A DNA stretch of 64,000 bases from Bacteroidales bacterium UBA3623 (lineage in GTDB: Bacteria > Bacteroidota > Bacteroidia > Bacteroidales > UBA932), in assembly GCA_002373715.1 (NCBI GenBank), contig DFLI01000051.1, positions 35,797-99,796 on the forward strand. Direction: 5' to 3'. The notes below the pieces were generated by a model. That model saw nothing but the letters and a program-made list of their open reading frames with translations. It was not told the origin of the DNA and searched no databases. Shown one piece after another: positions 10,474 to 19,345 of the stretch. The stretch's first letter is position 1. Each line of letters begins with the position of its first letter. The position numbers and the translations under genes are program-made.

Positions 10474-10584
10474 TGGATTTCGCCTACGGAGACATCCCGC
10501 CGCTTCTGCGGCGGAGCCCCTCTCCCGAGGAGAGGGGTTTGGGGAGAGGGTAACGTGGGCGTATGTTCGAATCACGAACGATAC
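10474..10584. repeat. Cluster of REP-like palindromes (GGATTTCG..GACATCCC hairpin, CCGCCGC/GCGGCGG, CCCCTCTCC/GGAGAGGGG with G-rich tail, GTATGTTCG/CGAACGATAC)
   Basis: Four back-to-back stem-loops read directly from sequence. Confidence 0.7.
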
Positions 10585-10587
10585 GCG

Positions 10588-10613
10588 AAAAGCGCCTGCG
10601 AAGCAGACGCTTT
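10588..10613 (-). terminator. Terminator downstream of tRNA-Ser(CGA)
   Basis: AAAAGCG-CTGC-GAA-GCAG-CGCTTT hairpin. Confidence 0.65.
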
Positions 10614-10617
10614 GATG

Positions 10618-10704
10618 CGGTGAGTGAGGGATTCGAACCCCCGTTGCGCTCGCACGCAAACCTGTTTTCGAGGCAGGCTCCTTCAACCACTCGGACAACT
10701 CACC
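10618..10704 (-). tRNA. tRNA-Ser(CGA)
   Basis: GGTGAGTTGTCCGAGTGGTTGAAGGAGCCTGCCTCGAAAACAGG...GGGGGTTCGAATCCCTCACTCACCG; long variable arm; upstream TAACTTTG promoter. Confidence 0.95.
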
Positions 10705-10801
10705 GTTTGGGGGATGCAAAGTTACGAAATTATTCCGAATGTACAAGTTTGTCATATTTTCCGTACCTTAGCGCCTAAGAACTCCCCAAAGGTATACTGA
10801 G

Positions 10802-11764
10802 ATGAAAAAACGGAAAAGTTGGATTATCGTTCTTGCCGTCGTGCTTGGCTGCTTGGCTGGCATAGGGGTTCTCGTAGAACTGGGCGGCATTAAGATTACT
10901 AAGCCCATGCTCCGGCTCTTTATGGCCAGCAGCAATAAGTTAAACGAGACTGTAACCTATGCCGATTCCTGCGATAGCCGGATAGGTATTCCTTATGTGC
11001 AGAATGGAACCCCGGCACAGGTTCTGGATGTGTATTACGCCAAAGAAAAGCGGAAAGATGCTGTCGTCATAGACATACACGGAGGATTTTACGTGGCAGG
11101 TATGCGCCAGAATTACCGTCCCATAGCCTCTGTATTCTTAAAAGAGGGCTACGACGTGGTTCTTATAGAATATAGGCTCAACGATGGAACTACGGATGTT
11201 TCCGACGAGCTCCAGGACTGCGCCGCAGCGATGGATTACCTTACCCTGCAGGCAGAGGAACTGGGCCTGAACAAAGAGCGGATGTTCCTTACCGGAGACT
11301 CCGCAGGCGGACATTTGGCCCTCTACATGGCAGAAGGGGCCGAGGACAGGACGCTTCCCATCCACACAGACTACTTTACCACCAAGGGCGTCCTCCTCAA
11401 CTGTCCCTCCTACGACTTTGCCAGCTTTGCAAACCCGCGTCTGTTCACCAAAAGCGCCATGGAATGGTTCATCGGCCCGCGATATGAAGACCAGGAATGG
11501 ACCGCGTCCATTTCCCCCCGAACCTTCTTCCGCAGTTACAGCGGGCCCCTTTTCGTGTCTACCAGCAGATATGATTTCATCCGCTTCCAGTCCCTCCTGT
11601 TAAAGGCCGACTGCGATTCCCTGGGCCGCCCCGTGGAGTTTATTGACATAGCATCGACCAGTATGAAAGTGGGACATATCCACAATGTACTGAACCCGGG
11701 CCTCAATGAATCCAAGGAGGTTAACTCCAGAATGATCCAATTCCTGAATAATTGCCTGCCATGA
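10802..11764 (+). CDS. Alpha/beta hydrolase (HSL-family esterase/lipase)
   Basis: N-terminal anchor; HGGFY oxyanion motif, GDSAGG nucleophile elbow. Confidence 0.88.
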   Translation: MKKRKSWIIVLAVVLGCLAGIGVLVELGGIKITKPMLRLFMASSNKLNETVTYADSCDSRIGIPYVQNGTPAQVLDVYYAKEKRKDAVVIDIHGGFYVAGMRQNYRPIASVFLKEGYDVVLIEYRLNDGTTDVSDELQDCAAAMDYLTLQAEELGLNKERMFLTGDSAGGHLALYMAEGAEDRTLPIHTDYFTTKGVLLNCPSYDFASFANPRLFTKSAMEWFIGPRYEDQEWTASISPRTFFRSYSGPLFVSTSRYDFIRFQSLLLKADCDSLGRPVEFIDIASTSMKVGHIHNVLNPGLNESKEVNSRMIQFLNNCLP

Positions 11765-11819
11765 AAAAAGACGGCTCCCGTAAGAGTCTTTGTGAAAAAT
11801 ACGGACTAGTTTACGCCTA

Positions 11820-12236
11820 CTAGATATAAACCTGCGGCTGGGTAGATTCCTCCACGCTGTTCACATCCAACTGGGCCGCCACGGGCCAAAGGTTCTTGAA
11901 CTGTTTGGCCTGAATGAAGATGGGGGCGTAGCGCACCGTTCCATTGGCATCCTTGTACTCATAAACGCCTCCCCGCACAAACTTATCCTTGATTTTCTGG
12001 CCATCCTTGTAGCGAACGAAGTCGTATACGATGCAGATGGTGCCGCCGCCATCGGCCTCAAAAAAAGCTGCCAGCGGTTGGGAGGGAATTTGCCCCGCCG
12101 TAACGCCGGAAATGGTCACCTTTTCCCCGGGAGTAAGATTGCTCAGAGCCACCGCCGTTAGGGCCAGGGTGGTAAAACAGGCCGTGCAAACGCACAGGAC
12201 AGCAATAAGCGATACGGTTCGAAGGAGGGTTTTCAT
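11820..12236 (-). CDS. Hypothetical lipoprotein
   Basis: 138 aa; signal peptide with CTAC lipobox; follows SDR gene on same strand. Confidence 0.65.
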   Translation of the reverse strand: MKTLLRTVSLIAVLCVCTACFTTLALTAVALSNLTPGEKVTISGVTAGQIPSQPLAAFFEADGGGTICIVYDFVRYKDGQKIKDKFVRGGVYEYKDANGTVRYAPIFIQAKQFKNLWPVAAQLDVNSVEESTQPQVYI

Positions 12237-12247
12237 ATACTTGGTGT

Positions 12248-13000
12248 CTAGTTTTTAATAAAGGTAAGGCGCTCCCAGATGCAGCGCGGGATAAGACGCC
12301 ATAGGGCGGTGATAAGACGGAAACGCCCGTCAAAAATGATAATGCGCCTCTTGCGGCGAAGACCTTTTAGGATATATTCTGCCGCTTTTTCTGCCGATAT
12401 AAGGCGGGGATATTTCCGGTCCATATTCAGGATCTCGGTCTCTACGAAGCCCGGGCGAATGTCGGAAAAAAGAATGGGCCACTTCTGCATATGTGCCAGT
12501 TGGGAAAGGGCCGACAGGTAAGTAATCTGCATTTTCTTGGAAGCAGAATAGGAGGCCGATACACCCAGCCCTGCCGTTCCTGCCACAGAGGTAACCACGC
12601 CTATGAGCGCTTTGTGCTTGGCATCATAAGCGCCGGAAGCCAGCACATAACGGATGAAATGGGAAACCATCCTGGCCATGCCCACGCAATTGGTTTCCAT
12701 GGTCCAGGTTTCTATTACCTCGTTCATGTCCGGGTTCTGGCGCCCCACGCCGGAAACGTGCAGGAAAAGGTCTGGAGTGCCGGTTTTGGCCAGCAACGCA
12801 TCCAGGGCCTCCGTGGCCTCCGGCTTGGTGATATCCATAACCTGCGGAAAAATAGTTCCCTCGGGAAATTGGGCCGATAATTCTTGCAACAGCGCCTCCC
12901 GCCTTCCGGCGGCGCCCACCACCCATCCATCCCGGGCCAGCCTTTCGGCCAACGCCCTTCCGATGCCCGAGGTGGCTCCTATGATGATGGCGGTTTTCAT
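12248..13000 (-). CDS. SDR family NAD(P)-dependent oxidoreductase
   Basis: IIIGATSGIG Rossmann motif, YSASK catalytic motif, IRPGFVET. Confidence 0.92.
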   Translation of the reverse strand: MKTAIIIGATSGIGRALAERLARDGWVVGAAGRREALLQELSAQFPEGTIFPQVMDITKPEATEALDALLAKTGTPDLFLHVSGVGRQNPDMNEVIETWTMETNCVGMARMVSHFIRYVLASGAYDAKHKALIGVVTSVAGTAGLGVSASYSASKKMQITYLSALSQLAHMQKWPILFSDIRPGFVETEILNMDRKYPRLISAEKAAEYILKGLRRKRRIIIFDGRFRLITALWRLIPRCIWERLTFIKN

Positions 13001-13090
13001 TCCGTTCAAGCGTTATCTGCTGGCAAATATACTTCTTTTATTCAAAAATGTTATGTCGGTACGGAATAATGATTATCTTTGGGATAAATA

Positions 13091-14239
13091 ATGACCTCGG
13101 TGAATATCATATTCCATTATAAGGCCGAAATTCGCTTTGCCGTCATACTCACCGTCATTGTGGCGCTGAGCATTTGGGCGTCCCACTTTATTCCGGAAGA
13201 ATACTTCGACAGCGCCATCACGCCCATTCTTATGTCGGCCTCCACGGCTGTGGCCCTTTGTTGTGCCTGGATTTCTTTCCGGCATACGGAGGGATACCGC
13301 ATGCGGCGAATCTGGGGCTGGACGCTTCTTCTGTGGGGCATTCTGGATGGACTATATGTTATTTCCTGGCTGTTCATGGGCAAGCCCGTAATGAATATGG
13401 GCGCCTATGAGCTTACAACCATAGAGCTTGCGCTGGGCAATCTGCTGGGCTGGTCGCTGCTTATGTTTCCCACAGAGGCGCTCCGCCCGGGTTGGCTCAA
13501 TGTCCGGCGTGCCCTGTATCAACTCCTCCCCATGTTCGCACTGGTTGCGCTGGACTATTTCCTTCCTGTCAACCTGCGGCTCCTGGTTGCCTTGTATCCG
13601 GTCTTCCTGCTTGCGCTTTTGTTCACGCACGTGCGCGAGTACCGGCTCTGGTGTGAAGATAATTTCTCCTCTCTGGAGGACATTGACGAGAAGAGTATCC
13701 TCCGTTACATGAGCTTAGGGTTGCTGGTGGGTTTGGTTTACTTCTATATGTGCGTTTCCCATGACCATGCTCGCGGATTCACCCAGCAGTGGCTGGCCAT
13801 CTTTGCCCTGGCATACGGGACAGACCTGGTTCTGTTCCGCCGTGACCCTTGGGAGCAGGTGATGCAGTCCATCAAGAGTGAAACTACCAAGGAAGATGTT
13901 CAGTCCCAGCCCAATGAGGAGTACCGCCGGGCATTGGAAGAATGGATGGAAAAAGAGAAGCCTTATCGGAATCCGAATTTCAAGCTGGTAGACCTTCAGG
14001 GCGTACTGCCCATGAACCGTACCTACCTTTCGCAGTTTATCCACTCGGAATACGACTGCAGTTTTTATCTTTTCGTAAACCGCTACCGAGTAGAGGAAGC
14101 CAAGCGTCTGATGAAAGAGGATCCAGATATAAAGATGGCCGATGTTTCATTATCCTGCGGCTTCTCTTCGCCCTCGGTATTCAGCCGTACCTTCACGGCC
14201 ATCGCGGGTCTGTCCCCCAGTGAGTGGCAAAAAATTTGA
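13091..14239 (+). CDS. Membrane-embedded AraC-family transcriptional regulator
   Basis: About 7 hydrophobic segments, then EKPYRNP.F...NRTYLS...VNRYRVEEAK...GFSSPSVFSRTF AraC HTH. Confidence 0.9.
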   Translation: MTSVNIIFHYKAEIRFAVILTVIVALSIWASHFIPEEYFDSAITPILMSASTAVALCCAWISFRHTEGYRMRRIWGWTLLLWGILDGLYVISWLFMGKPVMNMGAYELTTIELALGNLLGWSLLMFPTEALRPGWLNVRRALYQLLPMFALVALDYFLPVNLRLLVALYPVFLLALLFTHVREYRLWCEDNFSSLEDIDEKSILRYMSLGLLVGLVYFYMCVSHDHARGFTQQWLAIFALAYGTDLVLFRRDPWEQVMQSIKSETTKEDVQSQPNEEYRRALEEWMEKEKPYRNPNFKLVDLQGVLPMNRTYLSQFIHSEYDCSFYLFVNRYRVEEAKRLMKEDPDIKMADVSLSCGFSSPSVFSRTFTAIAGLSPSEWQKI

Positions 14240-14254
14240 TTATTATAACTCTAT

Positions 14255-15880
14255 ATGAGATTCCGATCATTACCCATAGTTGCTGTTCTGTTCATTGCCG
14301 CGGCAATGCTGGCTCAATTTGGCATCTTATCCTCCATTGAGAAGAATCACATGAAGGAAGTGGTAGAATACAAGATGCAGTTGGCGCAGAAGGACTTCTA
14401 TCATGAGTTGGTAGGGTTCCATTTCGCCGCCGACGAAATGCGGAGGTATGTCCTTGAGCACCGTGATAATGAGCAGGAGATATTGAAAGAAACCCGTAAG
14501 ATGCTGGAGCGGTATCCGGACATTGACAATATGTTCGTCAAGCTTGCCCCGGGCGTCTATCACGGCCAGGTAAATAATTATTTTCCACGTTCGTATCGTT
14601 ACGACGGTCAAACTATCACCACAGCACAAGGGGCGGAGGGGCTGGATTACTACGCGCGTGATTGGTACACCGGTGCGCTCCGGTGCGATGGCGATGGCTA
14701 CTGGTCGGAGCCGTATATTGGTGCCAGCACTCAGACACAGATTGCTTCCCATTCCATTAAAATTGAGGACGGACAGGGACAGTTGACAGGTGTTGTTGGT
14801 GTTGACTTTACGATTAAGTGGATGGAAGCCATTCTAAAGGAAATCAAGCCTTTTGACGAAGCCGTCTGTCTCATTTATGGAACTAACGGTTCGCTTATCG
14901 CTTCCTCCGACAGCGGGAATCCGGAGGATGGAATACAGTATAAGGATGACAAGAAGCACTGGCGTGTCTATTCGCAGACGATGTCCCCGATGCAGATGCA
15001 GTTAATGATTGCCGTGCCCAATCACATCATCTGGCAAAGCATTAAAGGAAGAAGCCTCTTCACGCTCTTCATCCTGATTCTCGGAATCGCGATCCTGATT
15101 TATCTGTTCCGTAGGATTGAGAAAAACGGGAAAGCATTTCTGCAGGTTCAGAATGAGCAAAAACTCGTACAGAAAGAGATGCAGATGGCTACTAATATCC
15201 AGACCGGCATCCTGGTGCACGATTTTATAGATGATGACCAGCTCGCACTCCACGCCATGCTGGTGCCGATGCAGAGTGTGGGAGGAGACCTGTATGATTT
15301 CTACAGGGACGGCGATGTTGTCACCTTCATTATCGGTGACGTCAGCGGGAAAGGCATGCCCGCCGCCATGTTCATGTCCGCTGCCGTGACGCTTTTCCGC
15401 TCTGCGGTGAAGCATCACCAGTCCCCCAAAGCTATTATGGAGGAGATAAATGCGACACTCTCGCAAAACAACAGTTCGATGATGTTCGTTACTGCATGGA
15501 TTGGCCAGCTCCATCCGTCCACGGGACAGCTGACGTACTGCAACGCCGGTCACTTGCCGCCTATCCTGGTCAAGGACGGCCAGTGCCGTTGGCTGGAACT
15601 GAAGGAAACGAATACGCTGCTAGGAATAGATGGAGATTATCACTTCTCCGAGCAATCCATCACGATTGACCATGGCGAGCAGATTATCATCTTCACCGAT
15701 GGCGTTTCCGAAGCAGAAAATGCCCAAAAAGAGCTGCTGGGCTTTGATCATCTTATGGAACAGTTGCAAAAGTGTCAACATCCTATAGATGACCTTACGG
15801 TGTATAATGCCGTTCGCCAATTCGCCTCCGGGGCCGAACAGGCCGACGATATCGCCATCATGAACGTCACGAGGAAATGA
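14255..15880 (+). CDS. dCache-sensor SpoIIE/PP2C protein phosphatase
   Basis: TM - Cache (DYYARDWY..WSEPY, GVVGVD) - TM - SpoIIE (VGGDLYD, IGDVSGKG, NAGH, FTDGVSEA, DDIAI). Confidence 0.9.
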   Translation: MRFRSLPIVAVLFIAAAMLAQFGILSSIEKNHMKEVVEYKMQLAQKDFYHELVGFHFAADEMRRYVLEHRDNEQEILKETRKMLERYPDIDNMFVKLAPGVYHGQVNNYFPRSYRYDGQTITTAQGAEGLDYYARDWYTGALRCDGDGYWSEPYIGASTQTQIASHSIKIEDGQGQLTGVVGVDFTIKWMEAILKEIKPFDEAVCLIYGTNGSLIASSDSGNPEDGIQYKDDKKHWRVYSQTMSPMQMQLMIAVPNHIIWQSIKGRSLFTLFILILGIAILIYLFRRIEKNGKAFLQVQNEQKLVQKEMQMATNIQTGILVHDFIDDDQLALHAMLVPMQSVGGDLYDFYRDGDVVTFIIGDVSGKGMPAAMFMSAAVTLFRSAVKHHQSPKAIMEEINATLSQNNSSMMFVTAWIGQLHPSTGQLTYCNAGHLPPILVKDGQCRWLELKETNTLLGIDGDYHFSEQSITIDHGEQIIIFTDGVSEAENAQKELLGFDHLMEQLQKCQHPIDDLTVYNAVRQFASGAEQADDIAIMNVTRK

Positions 15881-15911
15881 GAAGTCAGTCACCCAAAGAA
15901 TGAGTGAAAAT

Positions 15912-15962
15912 TTGATTCTGCGTCAATTTTTGCCCCTTTTTTCTTGATTCTGCGTAAATTTT
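15912..15962. promoter_or_regulatory. Direct repeat TTGATTCTGCGT(C/A)AATTTT x2, 32-bp period; putative regulator site
   Basis: Copies at 15912 and 15944, 18/19 identical. Confidence 0.55.
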
Positions 15963-15963
15963 A

Positions 15964-15994
15964 AACCCCGGCTAATGCCGGGGTTAATTTTTTT
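15964..15994 (+). terminator. Intrinsic terminator after AraC-SpoIIE operon
   Basis: AACCCCGGC-taat-GCCGGGGTT followed by T-rich tract. Confidence 0.65.
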
Positions 15995-16056
15995 ATTAAA
16001 TTGCACTTTTAACTATAACCAATTTACTTTCGCTACTGATTTAAGCTTTTGAAGGC

Positions 16057-16113
16057 TTTTTACAAACAATTGTTGGAGTTTTACTCGAATACGAAATAAA
16101 GCCCCCACCTTTG
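16057..16113 (+). promoter_or_regulatory. Putative activator site plus -7 box, shared with 26240-26296
   Basis: TTTTTACAAACAATTGT..GGAGTTTTAC, with CACCTTTG at 16106. Confidence 0.5.
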
Positions 16114-16140
16114 TGCAAAGCTGACGAACGATTTTAAGTC

Positions 16141-17163
16141 ATGAAAACGAGAATCGGAATATGGCTTCTCGCCCTGGCGGTTTTCCTTCCGGCTTGTCAT
16201 CAAAAAGACAATCCTGAAGAAAGCGGCAAGGACCTTACCGTCATCTTTGCCACCACCACCGGTCTGGCCGGCGACGGATACAATGAGCCCATTCTCAAAG
16301 CATTGATGGAGAGTGTGTCGGCGCAGCCCGGCATGACGATCCACATGCTCAAGCCCGACAACATCTCCGAGGCCCGCAGCCAGTTTGACGAGTGGCTCTC
16401 CGGCGCCGACGAGCGCAAGGCCCTGGTCCTCTGCGGCCCGGAATTCGAGCCTCTGGTGGAAGAAGTTGCCCTTGAAAAAGGCCGTATCCTGCTGCTGGAC
16501 AGCGACAAGACATACGGCGAGGGCATCTGCTCGGTACAGCTCAAGCGTTACGGCGGCGCCTGGCTGGCCGGGGCCATCATGAAAGATTTCGAGCCTGTGC
16601 TCCTCAAAGGCCTGGACGGCGACCGTATCATCGACGAGATCTCCCAGGGCATCGAGGACGGTTACCAAGAGAACGGAGGAGCGTATCTCCAGAAATGCGT
16701 CCTTTCCACGGGCTATGAGGGCCTGGATATGGCGGACGAGCTTTACAGCATCCTGTGGGAGCAGGAAGGAGTGGAATTAGACATGTACTACCGCACAATC
16801 ATCGCCCCGGTGTGCGGGACCTCCCGCCTGGGCGCATTCGATTTCTCCTGGAGGTATTATGCTACTATTGGCGTCGGGGATGATTGCAGTCCTTATACCG
16901 ACATCCTGCCTTTCTCCCTGATCCTGGATCTGGGAGGCATCGTGAAAGAATATGTGTCCGGGTGGGCGCAGAACAGCCCCTGGCCGGCGCATGCAGACTA
17001 TGGCATGTCCACCGGGCATGTGTACATCAGCTTCAACGGGCGTTTCTTCCATCATCCCATGAGCCAGGGCGTGGATTGGCCGTTATCGCTGGATGCCTGG
17101 ACCGCGCTGGAAAAACAATATAAGGATAAAGCTTTGGAAAAGGAGGCCGGCTATGCGTATTGA
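16141..17163 (+). CDS. BMP-family (basic membrane protein) solute-binding lipoprotein
   Basis: LPAC lipobox; GLAGDGYNEPIL, RYGGAWLAG, IGVG motifs. Confidence 0.72.
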   Translation: MKTRIGIWLLALAVFLPACHQKDNPEESGKDLTVIFATTTGLAGDGYNEPILKALMESVSAQPGMTIHMLKPDNISEARSQFDEWLSGADERKALVLCGPEFEPLVEEVALEKGRILLLDSDKTYGEGICSVQLKRYGGAWLAGAIMKDFEPVLLKGLDGDRIIDEISQGIEDGYQENGGAYLQKCVLSTGYEGLDMADELYSILWEQEGVELDMYYRTIIAPVCGTSRLGAFDFSWRYYATIGVGDDCSPYTDILPFSLILDLGGIVKEYVSGWAQNSPWPAHADYGMSTGHVYISFNGRFFHHPMSQGVDWPLSLDAWTALEKQYKDKALEKEAGYAY

Positions 17164-19333
17164 CAGAGTTCTCCGGCTGCTTGCAGTCTCCCTGATTCTG
17201 CTTTCCTGCGGCCAGGAAATTCCCGTGCCGCAGGACGAGGTCAACACCTACAAGGTGGCCGTGGTGATGCCCCGGTCCCAGTGGGACAGCGAAAAACTCC
17301 TGGTGCAAGGGGCGCTTGCCACCATCGACCAGGCCCAGGAGGGCCTCCGGCAGCGCGTGAAGCTGGAGCTGGAATGGATTGACGAGGATGGCGCCAATAT
17401 TGAGGACGAAGTCTATCGCATCACCCACGACGACTCCTATGCCGCCGTCGTCGGGCCGAAATACAGCCGACATGCGCGGATGCTGGCCCGTGAGAGCCTG
17501 AGCTCCCGCATCCCGGTCATCATGCCCAGCGTCACCTCGGCCGAGATCCAGCGCATCTACGGTGGCAGCAACAAGGCCGCCCCCAATATCTTCTGCATGA
17601 GCGAGAGCGACCTGGCCCAGACCCAGGCCATGCTGAACGTCCTTCGGAAGCAGCCTCTTCCAGGGCACATCATCATGCTGTCGCGAGGCAGGGACGCGGA
17701 CGACTATGTCTATTCCTTTGCCTCCTATGCGAAATACTTTGCCACCGAGCTGAGGTATGAGTCCTACAAAGAATACATATTCACCGACAAGGAAAGCCTG
17801 CGCTCCCTCATCAGACAGATCAAGGACAGTATGTCCTCGTATTTCCTCATTCTTCCCATCATTATTTATGTTCCTTCGTCTTTGGAGGATATGCTGATGC
17901 TGAACGAGGTGATTGACGAAGAGGGCATCTCCTTGGGCATGGAGGCGGTGGATGATGGCATCATTAACGTCAATGATTACTTCCCCGAAGTTTACTGTAC
18001 CGACATTGGCTGCAACCCGCTGCTGGAAGGGAAACTGACCCACGAATTCCAGGGCATCGCCCTTTGCGGTGACCCTGAAAGCGGATTCCCCGCCGCCCGC
18101 AAAGCCATTACAGGCCGCGAGATTCAGAACGGCTACGCGCAGCTTTACGACAGCTTCACCCTGCTGGCGCTCTCGCTCGCTCACAAGGAGACGGCTCAGC
18201 TGGAGACGGTCCGCGAGGCCATCGTGGCCGTGATGGACGCCTGCGACGGCGACGCCGACGAATTGTCCTGGACGCCCGACGGCCTCCGCCATGGCTTCCA
18301 GTCCATCCGTAACGGTCACATTCCCAGTATGTCAGGCGCGTCCGGCAGCTGGATTTTTGACCGGGAGACGCATATCAGCCAGCTGGGCACCTGGTACGGC
18401 CATTGGCGCTATTACGACGGGCAGTACCACCTGGCGGGTTACCTGACCCGCAGCGACCACGCGCGGAAGAGCAGCATGGACCAGATGTGGGATTTCGTGG
18501 CGGACGAGCTGATGAAGTTCGACAAGAACATCAAGGGCGTCTCCTACGAGCCGCTCACCGACCGCTGCGCCGTGGTGATGGCCACCTCCACCGGCTGGAT
18601 CAACTACCGCCACCAGGCGGATGCGCTGGAATTCTACCGGATGCTCAAGAACGCCGGCTATGACGACGACCACATCGTCCTGATTGTTGAGGATGATATC
18701 GCAAACAATCCCGAGAACCCGCATCCTGGCGTAGTGCATGTAACCCCCGACGGAGAGAATCTGCACACCGGCATCCAGGTGGACTACAAGATCAGCGAGC
18801 TCACTCCGGCGGACTTCGGGAATATCCTGAAGGGCAACGTCACCGAACGCACGCCTCAGGTGGTCAAGGGCAGCAAGGGCACCAACGTCCTGCTGTTCTG
18901 GAGCGGCCACGGCTACTACAACAACAAGATTAACTGGGGAGAGGAAGCATACATCAGTTCGGCAGAAATACACAGCATTCTGCAGAACGCGCAGGACAAC
19001 TTCCGCAAACTCCTCTTCGTGATGGAGACTTGCTACAGCGGCTCCGTCGGCGAGGACATGCCGGGCATCCCCGGCGTGCTGCTGCTCACCGCCGCCGCCC
19101 CCGGCGAGACCTCGCACGCGGACGTGCTGGAAGGCAACATCTACCTCTCCAACGCCTTCACGCGCGTGTTCCGCGAGGAAGTGGAGGCGAACCCCCACAT
19201 CAACCTCTATGAACTGTATTCGAAGGTGGCGCGGCACACCACCGCCAGCCACGCCATGATTTACAATTACGAATGGTACGGCAGCGTGTACTACAATACC
19301 ATGAGTGAATATTTTCAACCGATCAATAACTAA
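17153..19333 (+). CDS. Lipoprotein: LIVBP/ANF-type periplasmic binding domain fused to C13 (legumain/GPI8-like) cysteine peptidase
   Basis: LLSC lipobox; AVVGP.YS and YAQLYDS Venus-flytrap motifs; NYRHQAD, DDIA.NPENP.PG, WSGHG (His) and ETCYSGS (Cys) C13 motifs; start ATG 17153. Confidence 0.88.
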   Translation: MRIDRVLRLLAVSLILLSCGQEIPVPQDEVNTYKVAVVMPRSQWDSEKLLVQGALATIDQAQEGLRQRVKLELEWIDEDGANIEDEVYRITHDDSYAAVVGPKYSRHARMLARESLSSRIPVIMPSVTSAEIQRIYGGSNKAAPNIFCMSESDLAQTQAMLNVLRKQPLPGHIIMLSRGRDADDYVYSFASYAKYFATELRYESYKEYIFTDKESLRSLIRQIKDSMSSYFLILPIIIYVPSSLEDMLMLNEVIDEEGISLGMEAVDDGIINVNDYFPEVYCTDIGCNPLLEGKLTHEFQGIALCGDPESGFPAARKAITGREIQNGYAQLYDSFTLLALSLAHKETAQLETVREAIVAVMDACDGDADELSWTPDGLRHGFQSIRNGHIPSMSGASGSWIFDRETHISQLGTWYGHWRYYDGQYHLAGYLTRSDHARKSSMDQMWDFVADELMKFDKNIKGVSYEPLTDRCAVVMATSTGWINYRHQADALEFYRMLKNAGYDDDHIVLIVEDDIANNPENPHPGVVHVTPDGENLHTGIQVDYKISELTPADFGNILKGNVTERTPQVVKGSKGTNVLLFWSGHGYYNNKINWGEEAYISSAEIHSILQNAQDNFRKLLFVMETCYSGSVGEDMPGIPGVLLLTAAAPGETSHADVLEGNIYLSNAFTRVFREEVEANPHINLYELYSKVARHTTASHAMIYNYEWYGSVYYNTMSEYFQPINN

Positions 19334-19345
19334 AACGAAAGCAAT

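Noticed and set aside
10462-10778. Short ORFs overlapping tRNA-Ser(CGA), and 40308-40523 overlapping tRNA-Val
   Set aside because: Explained by tRNA and palindrome sequence; no coding evidence.
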